Virus record (IMG/VR): IMGVR_UViG_2881684137_000004
Coordinates: 153,571-217,570 of that record
Length of the DNA stretch: 64,000 bases
Source of the DNA: a virus
Taxonomy: Duplodnaviria; Heunggongvirae; Uroviricota; Caudoviricetes
Reading direction: 5' to 3' (one strand)
The notes under the pieces are model-generated. The model was not told the origin of the DNA, did not search any database, and saw only the letters and a program-made list of their open reading frames with translations. Within the stretch, counting starts at the first letter, position 1; each line of letters opens with the position of its first letter. Below are positions 17,980 through 28,515 of this stretch, piece by piece. Both the position numbers and the translations under genes were made by a program.

Positions 17980-19521
17980 TTGTCGAGAAAAAACAAAAGA
18001 AAAGACAATCGCACTGCTCAAAATCAAATAGTTAATGATGTGAATAATACAGATGAAGATTTTAACTATTTTCTAAATTATTCAAAGGCCCTTTCAAGAG
18101 CCGTAAGAAATAGTCATTTCTTTGATCCATACTTGCAAAACCAAAATCTAAAGAGTATTAATATGAATCCAACAAAATACTCCAGAGAAGAGATTGATAA
18201 GCTAGTAGCCAATCCAGAAAGAAATGAAAAAGAATTAAGGGAGCTATCAGAGTATATTCAAAACTCGATTATGCAGTTCAAGCGAATAGTCTATTTCTAT
18301 GGTACTATCTTGACTTTTGATTTCTACCCTGAGCCAACTAATGCTGATGAAGAGGATATGAGGTCACCTGCTTTCAAAAAAAGCTATAAGAAAATGAACG
18401 ATTGGCTTGATAAATTTAACCCAAGAAAACAATTTTCAGACATTATGAGAGTGATAATGAGAACAGATGTCTCATTTCATTATCTTCGAGAAAGTAAAAA
18501 TCACATATCACTTCAGGAGATGCCTTACGATTACTGTAAGATAGTTGCAAAAACTGATCTAGGTTATCAGTACGCATTTAATATGGCATATTTCTTTCAA
18601 GACCAAAAAAGCCTAGATGGATTCGATCCAATATTTAAGACATATTTCGAAAGTTACCAACAAACTAGTGAACATAAGAATGGAAACTCATACTGGATAA
18701 TCCTAGACCCTCTGAAAGCTCCTGTCTTCAAGTTTGATGAGAATGTCGCAGGTATCGTCTCCCCTTTGCTTGGACTATTGGGAGACAGTATAGATATTGA
18801 AACTTATAAGGGCATTTACAAAACTAAATCAAAACTAGATATTTTGAAGATAATCTTAAATAAAATACCTATGCACAATGATTCAAAAGGCGTACAGGCA
18901 AAAAATAACTTTTCTATTGATGCAGGAACAGCTGCTGAAGCATCTGCAAGAATGCAATTTAAAATAGAAGAAGCAAAAGTCTTGACTTCTCCATTCGAGA
19001 CAAAAATACATGAGTTTGAACAGAAAAACAATAATGAGGCTCAGAGAAGCGCTGGTAATGATACCTTTTTTGATAGTGCAGGAATAAATCCTACTATCTT
19101 CGGAAAAGAAACTTCAACATCGCCAGGGATTAAAGCTTCCATTCGTACTAGTGAAGCTTTTGTCAGACACATGTATTTTGTTTTTGAGAGATATATTAAC
19201 GCATTACTGCGTCAAGTAACAGGCAGATATCGCTGGAAAATACATTTTGAAGGTACTGAATTTGATCGGGAAGAACGTTTTGAAAGAGCATTGAAAGGTG
19301 CTCAGTACGGATTGCCTATTTCATATGCTGTAGTCGCAAGAGGGTCAACGGTCGATGAGTTTGTGAATTTAACTAATTTTGAGAATGCTTTTGAATTAAA
19401 ATCTAAACTCATTCCACTTGTATCTTCACATACACTTAATGGCAATGAAACTGGTAAGCCTGTTTCTAGTAATGTAAGTGAATCAGGAGAAAAAACAAGA
19501 GACTATGAAAGTAATGAGTAA
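17980..19521 (+). CDS. Portal protein (YonE-like)
   Basis: Position after terminase; 513 aa; LQEMPYDYCKI..YAFNMAYF; C-terminal PLVSSHT. Confidence 0.8.
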   Translation: MSRKNKRKDNRTAQNQIVNDVNNTDEDFNYFLNYSKALSRAVRNSHFFDPYLQNQNLKSINMNPTKYSREEIDKLVANPERNEKELRELSEYIQNSIMQFKRIVYFYGTILTFDFYPEPTNADEEDMRSPAFKKSYKKMNDWLDKFNPRKQFSDIMRVIMRTDVSFHYLRESKNHISLQEMPYDYCKIVAKTDLGYQYAFNMAYFFQDQKSLDGFDPIFKTYFESYQQTSEHKNGNSYWIILDPLKAPVFKFDENVAGIVSPLLGLLGDSIDIETYKGIYKTKSKLDILKIILNKIPMHNDSKGVQAKNNFSIDAGTAAEASARMQFKIEEAKVLTSPFETKIHEFEQKNNNEAQRSAGNDTFFDSAGINPTIFGKETSTSPGIKASIRTSEAFVRHMYFVFERYINALLRQVTGRYRWKIHFEGTEFDREERFERALKGAQYGLPISYAVVARGSTVDEFVNLTNFENAFELKSKLIPLVSSHTLNGNETGKPVSSNVSESGEKTRDYESNE

Positions 19522-19546
19522 CCTGTAAAGGGGGTGAAAACAAGAA

Positions 19547-21088
19547 TTGAAGGTTAATACAAGCATACCTATTACTTTTGAAAAAACTGGTGACAGTGAA
19601 GATTCTAGATTTTCTTATGTGAAAGTTTTTATTGCTCACGAAGGATTGAACTTGAACAATAGTCACTTTTCCAAGGCTGTTCTTGATTCAATGTCAGACA
19701 GTTTGAGTGGTGTTCCTATTGTGGGTTATTTAGCAGACAACAATGGAAATAAAGATTTTAGCGGACACGAATCAAAGTTAACCATTACTGAGGACGGAAT
19801 AGAATACACTTATCTTGGTCAGGCGTATGGCTTTATTCCGAACGATCACAACGCAAGATTTGAACTAAAAGCATGTGATGATGGCACTGAAAAGAACTAT
19901 TTAGTTGCTGATGGAATCCTTTGGAACAAATTTGAAGATTGTAAAAAGATATTTGATAAGGATGGTATGCGATCTCAATCGATGGAGTTGTTACCTGAAT
20001 CTGTTGAAGGAAGTTTTAGTGCCGATAAGACATTTCATTTTACAAATGCCACTGTTGAAGCACTTTGTATTCTAGGTAAAGATGTTAAACCAGGTATGAT
20101 GAATGCAACAATCGAAAAATACACATTTTCTTCACTTAAAGAACAGATTACTAATCTTATGAGAGAATTTAATGTGAGCACTATTGTGAAAGTTGATGAA
20201 GATAACGACACAACAACTACCACAATTGAAGACAATAAAAAAAATAAGGAGGATGAGGTCTTAGTAATGAAAACAAAAGCCGAGATTGCAACAAAATTTA
20301 GCCTGACTGTAAATCAGTTATCTGATGAACTCGAAAGAAAACTTCAAATCAAAAAATACTCAACCACAAATTGGTATGGAGAACAATATGAAGCTCCAAA
20401 GTATTACATGAGGGATTTTGATGATCAGTATGTTTATGCAATTGATCGTGAAAATGGATATGTAAACGTTAAAATTCCTTATTCTATGGATGGAGACAAT
20501 GCTACATACTCTTTTGATGAAACAAAGAAAATCAAATATGTCCCCACTGATTGGGATGAAGGTACCGAAGATGTTTCAGAGAATTTCACATTGAAAGTCG
20601 TAGAAGAGGGCAAACTTCAGTTTTCACAAATCAAAGAAGAGAAAGAGCAGCTTGCTTCTAAGCTGCAAGAAAAAGTGGATTCCCTTTTATCACTCAATGA
20701 ACAATTTTCTCAAATCAAACAAGAATTGACTGATAAAGAAGCATTAATTAGCAGCAAAGATAGTGAGATCACTGCTTTAAAAGAGTTCAAAGAGTCTGTC
20801 GAAGTCAAGCAGCGTGATGAGAAAATTGAACAAATTTTTGAGAAGTTCTCCAAACACTTGACATCTGATGAGGTAGATAACTTCAAAGGGAAAATTGACA
20901 CATATAAATCAATCGAAGAGTTTGAAGTAGACGTCAAAGTGTTTGTGGCTGATAAAGTAACACTATTCATCAACAAAGAAACATCTACAAACTATAGTAC
21001 TTTTAATATTAATACTAAAACAAACACAGAAAATGAATCTGTTCCAAAAAATATTTGGGATAAGCTTGAAGAGAATACTAAAAATTAA
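19547..21088 (+). CDS. Prohead protease/scaffold fusion (YonD-like)
   Basis: HEGLNLNNSHF, DFSGHE, SQSMEL, ALCILG..PGM protease-like N-half; coiled-coil C-half. Confidence 0.75.
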   Translation: MKVNTSIPITFEKTGDSEDSRFSYVKVFIAHEGLNLNNSHFSKAVLDSMSDSLSGVPIVGYLADNNGNKDFSGHESKLTITEDGIEYTYLGQAYGFIPNDHNARFELKACDDGTEKNYLVADGILWNKFEDCKKIFDKDGMRSQSMELLPESVEGSFSADKTFHFTNATVEALCILGKDVKPGMMNATIEKYTFSSLKEQITNLMREFNVSTIVKVDEDNDTTTTTIEDNKKNKEDEVLVMKTKAEIATKFSLTVNQLSDELERKLQIKKYSTTNWYGEQYEAPKYYMRDFDDQYVYAIDRENGYVNVKIPYSMDGDNATYSFDETKKIKYVPTDWDEGTEDVSENFTLKVVEEGKLQFSQIKEEKEQLASKLQEKVDSLLSLNEQFSQIKQELTDKEALISSKDSEITALKEFKESVEVKQRDEKIEQIFEKFSKHLTSDEVDNFKGKIDTYKSIEEFEVDVKVFVADKVTLFINKETSTNYSTFNINTKTNTENESVPKNIWDKLEENTKN

Positions 21089-21107
21089 TAAAAGGAGAGA
21101 TTAATAA

Positions 21108-21617
21108 ATGAAATATACAGTTGTTAAAATTGGAAGAATGGCGTCAACAAATGTCGATGCTTATCTTGAAACAGTTCAGTCTGCAACCCCTATTGAAAAT
21201 GGATCACATATTGTTCTGGGAGACCTAATTCCAGGAGGAGATCTTAACACCTATAAAGCTCTTGCTCCAACGGACGTGAATGTTGATGATGTTTTGATTG
21301 TCGAAAGTCCTGTGTTAGTCGAAGTTGAAGGAATGAGAATTGACATTCGTGACCCTCGCAAATTTATCAATGCTAAGGACAGACCACTTCGTGCTCGTCG
21401 CCTGAAACAGGGGGATTCTGTAACAATTTCAATTGATGGGTTTACTGATGTGCCCACTGTTGGTCAGTATGTCGTACCAGTTAACGGCTCCTATAAACTT
21501 GCTCCATCGACAACCATCGGCACAAGTAAACTAGTATACAAGGTCGAATTAAAAACTTCGATTCCAATTGCAGTTGAATATCTAGAAGCATACAAACTCA
21601 AAGTCATTAAATCATAA
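21108..21617 (+). CDS. Capsid-associated (decoration/cement) protein, YonC-like
   Basis: Between scaffold and capsid; IENG..LGDL..RARRLK.GD; strong RBS. Confidence 0.6.
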   Translation: MKYTVVKIGRMASTNVDAYLETVQSATPIENGSHIVLGDLIPGGDLNTYKALAPTDVNVDDVLIVESPVLVEVEGMRIDIRDPRKFINAKDRPLRARRLKQGDSVTISIDGFTDVPTVGQYVVPVNGSYKLAPSTTIGTSKLVYKVELKTSIPIAVEYLEAYKLKVIKS

Positions 21618-21647
21618 AAATAATTTATATAATGGAGGAAATAAAAT

Positions 21648-22757
21648 ATGTCAAAGTTTGATATTGTACAAACATCTACTCTGCTGAATTTCAGCAAAAA
21701 AGAAGTAGATGTAATTAAAGCAGGTGTTGATCTTTACAAGCACTATCTTTTTACCACAAAAGGAAAATTAGAGTATGCTGAATATGCTAAAGATCGCTCA
21801 TACGAAGAAAAAGAACAGCTTTTTAATAAGAATCTTATCCAAGAAGCTGTAAAACGTTCTGGTCTAACTTTTGAAAGCTATGATATTAATAAGATTATTC
21901 AAAAGCCAGTTATCCAAAACGAAATTTTTGCCCTGATTTCTGAAACACTTGCAGTCATTATCCCTAATACTGTAATTGATTCATTTGGACCTCTTGCAGA
22001 AGTACGGAATGGGAACTGGGGCGATAATTTTAAATTCTCTATTCCAAACCCAAGTCTATTTAAGGTTAACAGAATGTCAAATGGTCAGCGGCGCGGAGAG
22101 CCACAGCGGCTCTATGAAGGTGAAGACTTTCTGACGCCTGCTCCACGTGAAGTTACTATTCAAGAAGACTTGTATCGAATCCTTGCAGGGAAAGTTAATT
22201 GGGGGGATTGGATTACTCGTATTGCGTTGTCTGTGCAAACGGAAATCAGTACCGAAGTATATCGTCAACTTTATGATGCGTACAACAATCTCATTCCGAA
22301 CTTTAAAGAAGGCGCATTTAACAAAGATGCATTTGTCCAACTTTCTCAACGTGTCAGAGCTGCCAATCGTGGAGCTAAAGCTTCTGTCTTCGGAACACAG
22401 TTAGCACTGAGTAAAATTGTTCCTGATGGTGATTTTTCGAAATATGGATACGTTGGTCTTGGTGAAGAATATAATCGTAACGGCTATCTGAGAGACTTTA
22501 TGGGTGTTAGTGCATTCATGGTTGAGCAACGAATCGTACCTAATGATCCAGAATTCAATTTCTCTATTGAAGATGACAGGCTGTTCTTCTTGAGTTTAGC
22601 TACTGACAGACCTGTGAAAATTGGGTTTGAAGGGGTTCCACAAGTTTTCCAAAGCAATGCTTCTGATCATGCTGATCTCACGCAAGTCTATACTTATGTA
22701 CATTACTGGGATACAAAAGTTATTACTTCTAGTAAATTCGGAATTATGCAGATTTAA
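21648..22757 (+). CDS. Major capsid protein (YonB-like)
   Basis: 369 aa; IFALISETL, AEVRN..GD..F, RILAG.V.W, FGTQLALSKI; strong RBS; followed by stable hairpin. Confidence 0.8.
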   Translation: MSKFDIVQTSTLLNFSKKEVDVIKAGVDLYKHYLFTTKGKLEYAEYAKDRSYEEKEQLFNKNLIQEAVKRSGLTFESYDINKIIQKPVIQNEIFALISETLAVIIPNTVIDSFGPLAEVRNGNWGDNFKFSIPNPSLFKVNRMSNGQRRGEPQRLYEGEDFLTPAPREVTIQEDLYRILAGKVNWGDWITRIALSVQTEISTEVYRQLYDAYNNLIPNFKEGAFNKDAFVQLSQRVRAANRGAKASVFGTQLALSKIVPDGDFSKYGYVGLGEEYNRNGYLRDFMGVSAFMVEQRIVPNDPEFNFSIEDDRLFFLSLATDRPVKIGFEGVPQVFQSNASDHADLTQVYTYVHYWDTKVITSSKFGIMQI

Positions 22758-22766
22758 TAAAAATAG

Positions 22767-22790
22767 GGATGAGATTGAGAAATCTCATCC
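22767..22790 (+). terminator. Hairpin after capsid gene (GAGA tetraloop)
   Basis: GGATGAGATT-GAGA-AATCTCATCC. Confidence 0.65.
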
Positions 22791-22815
22791 TGTTAATTAA
22801 GGGAGAGTAATATCA

Positions 22816-23490
22816 ATGACAAAAATTGAGAAACAAGCAAAATCAAAAGTTAGTGAAAATAACATAGATGAAGGTTCAGTTCTTCAGGAAAACGAATCTC
22901 TTAAAAAAGAAATCGAAACAATGAAGCAGATGCTTAATAATTTTCTTGAAACTCAAAAAAAATCAGAAACTAAAGCTATTGAAACTGTAGTAGAAGAAAT
23001 AAAAGAAGACGAGTTGCCAATTATTCCTCCTAATAAATTAATTCATGTAACTAGTTTGTTTAAAGGTGGTATGACTTTAAAGGGAGCAAACAACAACCCG
23101 AAGAGATTTGACACTTTTGGTGTGACGTTGCCAATATCATTTGAAGATATTTCATACATTGTTGGGAATCATAGAAAATTGGCAGAAGAAGGCTGTTTTT
23201 ATATTAATGATCGAAGTGTAATTAAAGCCCTTTATCTTGAGGACAGTTACGAGAAAATTTTAAATAAGAACCGAATCGAAGGAATCATGTTACTTACTGA
23301 GACTCAGATCAAACAGATTATGGAGATTTTGCCGAATGGGCAAAAAGAAACCATTGAACAATTCATTGTTGATGGTATCGTCAATAATGATATGACTTAT
23401 ATGAATAAAAATAAGATTTCAATAATTAGTGAAGCATGCGGTAAAGATATTTGGCGTATCGCTCAAAATAGAATGAGTGATGATCTCTAG
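22816..23490 (+). CDS. YonA-like head-associated hypothetical protein
   Basis: Synteny; coiled N-terminus; GGGAG RBS. Confidence 0.6.
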   Translation: MTKIEKQAKSKVSENNIDEGSVLQENESLKKEIETMKQMLNNFLETQKKSETKAIETVVEEIKEDELPIIPPNKLIHVTSLFKGGMTLKGANNNPKRFDTFGVTLPISFEDISYIVGNHRKLAEEGCFYINDRSVIKALYLEDSYEKILNKNRIEGIMLLTETQIKQIMEILPNGQKETIEQFIVDGIVNNDMTYMNKNKISIISEACGKDIWRIAQNRMSDDL

Positions 23491-23504
23491 TAAGGGTGAT
23501 ATTT

Positions 23505-23927
23505 ATGACACCGTATCAAAATGTATATGAAAGATTTGCTTTAAAAGTAGAGGATTATTTATTGGATGAACTCTTTTGTTCTTCAGTAACAGATTATGAA
23601 AAGTATTTGCTAGGATGGCTAAAGAGTGCCATACCTAAATTCTCAAAATGTAAAAACGATTTGAAAGATCGTGATGATAATGAACAAATTTTTAATCAGA
23701 AACTTACAGAAAAAGAAGAAGAAGTATTGGCTTTCTTGATGCAAATTGAATGGTCTGAAAAAGAAGTGAAAAATATTCAGGAAATGAGATTGTATCTTAG
23801 TAACAGTGATTTTAAAAGATATGCAGAATCCAATAATCTAAAAGTTAAGATCGATCTACAGAATCAGCTAATAGAGAGAGCAGATCGTTTCATAGTTGAA
23901 TATACCTATGATGGCTTTACTTTTTGA
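23505..23927 (+). CDS. Head-tail connector-like protein (YomZ-like)
   Basis: MTPY..VY.RF..K..DY..SAIPKF..C..DL..RDD..F..L..EEEVLA..M..EW. Confidence 0.65.
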   Translation: MTPYQNVYERFALKVEDYLLDELFCSSVTDYEKYLLGWLKSAIPKFSKCKNDLKDRDDNEQIFNQKLTEKEEEVLAFLMQIEWSEKEVKNIQEMRLYLSNSDFKRYAESNNLKVKIDLQNQLIERADRFIVEYTYDGFTF

Positions 23928-23942
23928 GAGGGAGGTTGAGGA

Positions 23943-25169
23943 TTGAACTATTATGACTCTTACAGAGCTAAGTTATCTGTCTCAAAAAGAAAACCAAGAG
24001 AGCATTCCATTAATCATATGCAGAAAGTAATAAATAGTGGGTATGAAAACTCCATTTCATATGAGGAAGCATACTTTAATAATTCTGACTCATCAACAGG
24101 AATTCAAGTTGTAAGCGACACTAAGAATCCTAGTAAAAAAATCGTTCTTATGAGACCAGGTGAAAAAATAAGTGCTGGAGATTTAATCAAAAGAGAGAAC
24201 GACAGGGTTTGGTTATGTGTAAGTGAAGATGACAAAATAGCCTATAGTAAAGGGTTTATAGAAGAATGCGAAATCAGTTTAAAATGGTTAGACGAAAATG
24301 GGGAGTTACAAACACAACCATCCGTTTTCTACTTTAACACTCGTTCAAATTTCGGTGAGAAACTTGATAGAGTAATGGCATTACCAGATGGAAGAAGACA
24401 AACAATCTTACAGAAGAATGAACACACCTTGAAATTAAAACGTGGTAAGAGGTTTATTATCGGAGGGGAAGCATTTACTGTTATTGATTTTGACCATGTG
24501 AGTGATAAAGGCTTGGTTAACCTCAGTCTCCAGTCTCATCTAATTAACCCAACAGCAGATAACTTGGAATTAGAAGTGGCCGACTTTTATAATCATGTTT
24601 CGAATTATAAATTGAGTATTCTAAACGGTAACTTTGCATCAGTTAACGCCGATCAGAAATTGATTATTAATGCACAACTCTCTAATAGAGGTGTAGTAAT
24701 TGATAAACCGACAATTGAATTCAATGTTAGTAATGAAGATATTGCTACTATTAATGATGATGGGGTTTTAACACCATTAGACCATGGTATTGTCATCGTC
24801 ACAGCACACTTCCAAAACCTTACAGCTCAAATTCAAGTGAATATTTCACAACTAATTGTTTACAATTATTCGGGTCATATTAATGGTTCTGACAATATCA
24901 TTGTAGAGACCACAAAAGAGTATTCAGCAGTGTTTAAAAGAAATGGTGAAACAGTTCAAGATGAGAGTGATTTTTATCTTACAGACTTAGAAGGTAATAT
25001 CACGACTTTAGCTACGATAACCGACCAGGATAGTATACGAAATATATGTAGAATAAAAGCTGGTAAAAAGAAAAATCAATTTTCTACTGAAAAGTTTATT
25101 TTGCATGTTAGGAATAAAAGTGGCCTTTCAGCTAGTCAAAAAGTAATAACATTAAAACCATTATATTAA
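23943..25169 (+). CDS. Head closure-like protein with C-terminal Ig-like (Big_2) domain
   Basis: N-terminal ..GD.I..WLC..KG.IEEC..LKW; C-terminal VSNEDIATINDDGVLT..G.V.VTA. Confidence 0.6.
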   Translation: MNYYDSYRAKLSVSKRKPREHSINHMQKVINSGYENSISYEEAYFNNSDSSTGIQVVSDTKNPSKKIVLMRPGEKISAGDLIKRENDRVWLCVSEDDKIAYSKGFIEECEISLKWLDENGELQTQPSVFYFNTRSNFGEKLDRVMALPDGRRQTILQKNEHTLKLKRGKRFIIGGEAFTVIDFDHVSDKGLVNLSLQSHLINPTADNLELEVADFYNHVSNYKLSILNGNFASVNADQKLIINAQLSNRGVVIDKPTIEFNVSNEDIATINDDGVLTPLDHGIVIVTAHFQNLTAQIQVNISQLIVYNYSGHINGSDNIIVETTKEYSAVFKRNGETVQDESDFYLTDLEGNITTLATITDQDSIRNICRIKAGKKKNQFSTEKFILHVRNKSGLSASQKVITLKPLY

Positions 25170-25180
25170 GGAGGGCTTTT

Positions 25181-25693
25181 GTGCCACAAAAAATAATTCG
25201 GTTCGGGGAACTAAAAATTGAAAAGTTTGTTGAAGGTATTAATAACTACTGGCTAATTTATGGTGCTCTTCCCAATAGCAGGCAACACTCAAGTGGCATT
25301 GATGGTGATATTTCCATTAGCGCTACTCCAACTAAAGAAATAATTGATGCTGATTTGGATGTAGCTATTGATCCTGGGGTTAAGTACGTTTATTCCGTTG
25401 CAACAGACAATAAAATTAAAATAGCATTTGATAAAAATACTCATGCTGATAAAGGTAGCGCTGCTGAAGCGTTGAGGTGTATTAGTATCACTTATGAACT
25501 TGGTGAACTAGTAGCAAATGGAAACCTATATATTATGATTATTCGAAATAGTTTGGGCGAGGAAGTACATCGAACAACCCCAGTCACACTTGACCAAATC
25601 AAAAATATTGCGACCACATTTGATGACACCCGAGAAACTAGTGTGGGTGGTATACTCACTTATGGCTTTGAACGGTATTATACTGTTAAATAG
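25181..25693 (+). CDS. Hypothetical protein in neck region
   Basis: AAGGAGG RBS, GTG start, 170 aa. Confidence 0.65.
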   Translation: MPQKIIRFGELKIEKFVEGINNYWLIYGALPNSRQHSSGIDGDISISATPTKEIIDADLDVAIDPGVKYVYSVATDNKIKIAFDKNTHADKGSAAEALRCISITYELGELVANGNLYIMIIRNSLGEEVHRTTPVTLDQIKNIATTFDDTRETSVGGILTYGFERYYTVK

Positions 25694-25713
25694 TCTAGAA
25701 ATGAGGTGCGATC

Positions 25714-26187
25714 ATTTCTGCTCTTAATAATCTAGGTCAAGATAAGTTTACAATTATTAAAAGACTTCTCCAAGATCAAAATATTGTAAAAGCTGTTTAT
25801 AGTCAATCAGCCAACTTTTTAGATGAGCCTGATATAGAAGATATAGACGAATTAATTTATCATAATATTTTCCCCTATCGCTTCATCCCAGAGAAAGAAG
25901 ATACAGCCAAAACATATATTCAATTCTCATTTCAAAACTACTATCAAGTTAAAAACACATTTAAAACAGGTTTAATCTACTTCTATGTTTTTACACAGCG
26001 TAATCTTTTTAGAACAGATTATGGGGTTTTACGTACAGATTTTATTATTTCTCAGATTGACAAATTTATGAGTAATAAGAATGGAATTGGCATGTGTAAA
26101 ACGACATTTCATTCAATGGATGATTTATTCATTAATAATGAGTACAGCGGAACAACAATTTCCTATAAACTTTACGACTGGAAGTGA
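25714..26187 (+). CDS. Tail completion/terminator-like protein, ATT start (missing from ORF track)
   Basis: 157-codon open frame (M)SALNNLGQDKFTIIKRLLQDQNIVKAVY..NIFPYRFIP..LRTDFII..GIG..DWK; GAGGTG RBS 5 nt upstream; in-frame TGA at 25702. Confidence 0.75.
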   Translation: MSALNNLGQDKFTIIKRLLQDQNIVKAVYSQSANFLDEPDIEDIDELIYHNIFPYRFIPEKEDTAKTYIQFSFQNYYQVKNTFKTGLIYFYVFTQRNLFRTDYGVLRTDFIISQIDKFMSNKNGIGMCKTTFHSMDDLFINNEYSGTTISYKLYDWK

Positions 26188-26193
26188 TATGCC

Positions 26194-26910
26194 ATAGACA
26201 GACTAAAAGCGTATATACACGGAAAGTGCCAACTTGCTAATGGGGTTGTATTATATTCTCCGACAATAGATAGTATTTCAGAAATTGGTGAAGTGGAATA
26301 TCATATAAATCTAATCTTGACCACATTCGACAAAGAAAAGATATTAGTTAATCTGTTTGGATTTGATGACCTTAAAATGAAGGCTTTTGACTCCATATCT
26401 GACTATGACGTTTTAGTTTCAAGTATCGATATTACTAATTACATTTGTCAGGGATTATCATTCTTTTCAAAGAAGGACGTTATTTTTGATGAGAACGAAC
26501 TTGTTTTTCTTATTGAGGATATCCAATTTATATCTAAAGACAACTACAAGGAAGTATCAACACTTATACAAAAACTTAATGGGATTGAAGAGACTAGCAC
26601 TGATAATATTAAATTTCGTAATGCTAAAGCAAAGGAAATTTATGAACAGCTAAATAAGGCTAAACAAAAACAAAATAAATCAAATAAAGACTCCTTAGAT
26701 ATTAAAGACATTCTGTCTATACTCTGCCATGCAGATGGAAATGGCATCAATATCTTTAATGTTGGTAAGTTAACCATTTATCAGATGTATGAGCATTTTG
26801 AAAGACTAAACATAAAAGAATCACACAGAAGAATACTTCCTGTTTGGGCAAACGGTCATTTAAAGGAAAATGACAAGCTTCCTGAATGGATTGTCAAAAC
26901 AAAATTATAA
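26194..26910 (+). CDS. Tail assembly/structural protein (YomV-like); likely ATA start upstream of called GTG 26293
   Basis: Frame open from 26188: (M)DRLKAYIHGK..YSPTIDSISEIGEVEY; C-terminal INIFNV.KLTIYQ.Y..F.RL..W. Confidence 0.7.
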   Translation: MDRLKAYIHGKCQLANGVVLYSPTIDSISEIGEVEYHINLILTTFDKEKILVNLFGFDDLKMKAFDSISDYDVLVSSIDITNYICQGLSFFSKKDVIFDENELVFLIEDIQFISKDNYKEVSTLIQKLNGIEETSTDNIKFRNAKAKEIYEQLNKAKQKQNKSNKDSLDIKDILSILCHADGNGINIFNVGKLTIYQMYEHFERLNIKESHRRILPVWANGHLKENDKLPEWIVKTKL

Positions 26911-26927
26911 TTAACGGAGGAATATAA

Positions 26928-27686
26928 ATGGCATTGGATTTAGGGCGTTATGGCTCAAGAGAAATTCTAAAACTGCAAGTATTTGATGCAGTAACCAGCA
27001 CACCACTAATGTATTTCGATTACGCTAACACAGCTTCGCAAGAATGGTCGTCATCGAGGGTTTATGCTACTGGTGCAGGTGTTCGACGGGTTGCATGGGA
27101 TGGCGACAAAGAGGAAACTCTGACTGTTGAAACGCAAATTTTTACTATGCAACACTTGGCAATGATCGCAGGTGAAGAAATTAAAAGCGGCGCAGCCAAA
27201 ATCTACAAATCTGAGGTGTTGCAAGTTCAGAGTGGTGGAAAGATCGAACTCAGCAAACCAGCAGTTGGTGGTGTATCATCAATCAGTGTATTTGAATTTA
27301 AAAACGGAATTATCACTGATCCTCAAGAGGTTGAAACCGTTACTGGTACTGATGTGACATTGGCAGCTTCAGCAACGGTAACAACAGGAGACGAAGTGGA
27401 AGTGTACTACCAATTCCAGTCCACAAGCTCCCACTCGCTGCAATTCACTGCCAAAGGCTTCCCGAAATATGTGAAGCTTGTCGGTGACACGCTGTATCAG
27501 GATGAGGTTGGTAATGAGGCAGTAGCTGCACAAATCGTGTACTACAAAGCAAAACTACAGCCAAACTTTAGTATTGCGATGAGTTCCACTGGTGACCCAA
27601 CGTCAATCTCGCTCGTTTTCGACTTGTTTCCTCAAAAAGTGGATGGAGTAGACGTTACAACTGAGATTGTATTGTACGAGGAGTAA
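26928..27686 (+). CDS. Major tail tube protein (YomU-like position)
   Basis: YGSRE..DYANT..VYA.G.G..V.WDG.KE.TLT.ETQIF..LA..AG; C-terminal F.I..SSTGDP.S..FD. Confidence 0.75.
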   Translation: MALDLGRYGSREILKLQVFDAVTSTPLMYFDYANTASQEWSSSRVYATGAGVRRVAWDGDKEETLTVETQIFTMQHLAMIAGEEIKSGAAKIYKSEVLQVQSGGKIELSKPAVGGVSSISVFEFKNGIITDPQEVETVTGTDVTLAASATVTTGDEVEVYYQFQSTSSHSLQFTAKGFPKYVKLVGDTLYQDEVGNEAVAAQIVYYKAKLQPNFSIAMSSTGDPTSISLVFDLFPQKVDGVDVTTEIVLYEE

Positions 27687-27704
27687 TAAATAAAAGCGTT
27701 TTTG

Positions 27705-27746
27705 ATAAGGTAGACAGGGTGAGTTATTATCGCTCTGTCTCCTTAT
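27705..27746 (+). terminator. Hairpin between tail tube and glycosyltransferase cassette
   Basis: ATAAGG-T-AGACAGGGTGA / TCGCTCTGTCT-CCTTAT. Confidence 0.6.
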
Positions 27747-27768
27747 TTAATAAAAAGGAATAATAAAT

Positions 27769-28503
27769 ATGAAAACATTACCTACTGTTACAATTGCAGC
27801 ACCAATAAGAAATAGAGCATACATTCTAAATCAATATCTTCATCATTTACAACAAATCGACTACCCGAAAGAGAGGATCAATATTCATTTTGTTGTAAAT
27901 GATTCAGTTGATGAATCATTACAAATACTTTTAAAATTTAAAAAGAACTATGGAAAAGAATATAACAAAGTAGTAATCGAAACATATAACAGGAGAGTAC
28001 CAGAAGATCGAAGAATATCACACATCAGAAATAATTACATTTTTGAGCATTTGAGTGTTATGAGGAATTACATATTATCAAAAGTAAAAACGGATTACCT
28101 TTTCTCGTGTGATTCAGACATTTTGGTTCCTGAAAACATCATACGTAAGCTGCTAGCCCATGATAAAGATATTGTTTCAGGTTTGATTTTTAATGGTTAC
28201 GTTGACCATGTTGTCCATCCATATGAATCCACAAATCTTATGAAATATGACTTTCATGGTAAATTAAATCATGTTAGCAATTATAAAATCATGACAGCAA
28301 AAGATAAAAACATCTCAGAACTCTTAGAAGTTGATGTAACAGGAGCAGTAATATTACTTACTAGTGATGTGTGTAAACAAGCTAAATACGGATGGCACTT
28401 TCAAGGTGAAGATATTTATTTCTGCAATCAAGCTAAAGAAAAAGGTTATAAGATCTACTGTGATATTGGAGCGTTTTGTTCTCATATCATGACTAGCAAA
28501 TAA
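27769..28503 (+). CDS. Glycosyltransferase, GT-A fold (GT2-like)
   Basis: VTIAAPIRNR, NDSVD, DxD motif CDSD, DVTGA, GEDIYFC. Confidence 0.88.
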   Translation: MKTLPTVTIAAPIRNRAYILNQYLHHLQQIDYPKERINIHFVVNDSVDESLQILLKFKKNYGKEYNKVVIETYNRRVPEDRRISHIRNNYIFEHLSVMRNYILSKVKTDYLFSCDSDILVPENIIRKLLAHDKDIVSGLIFNGYVDHVVHPYESTNLMKYDFHGKLNHVSNYKIMTAKDKNISELLEVDVTGAVILLTSDVCKQAKYGWHFQGEDIYFCNQAKEKGYKIYCDIGAFCSHIMTSK

Positions 28504-28515
28504 GGGAGAGAATTA

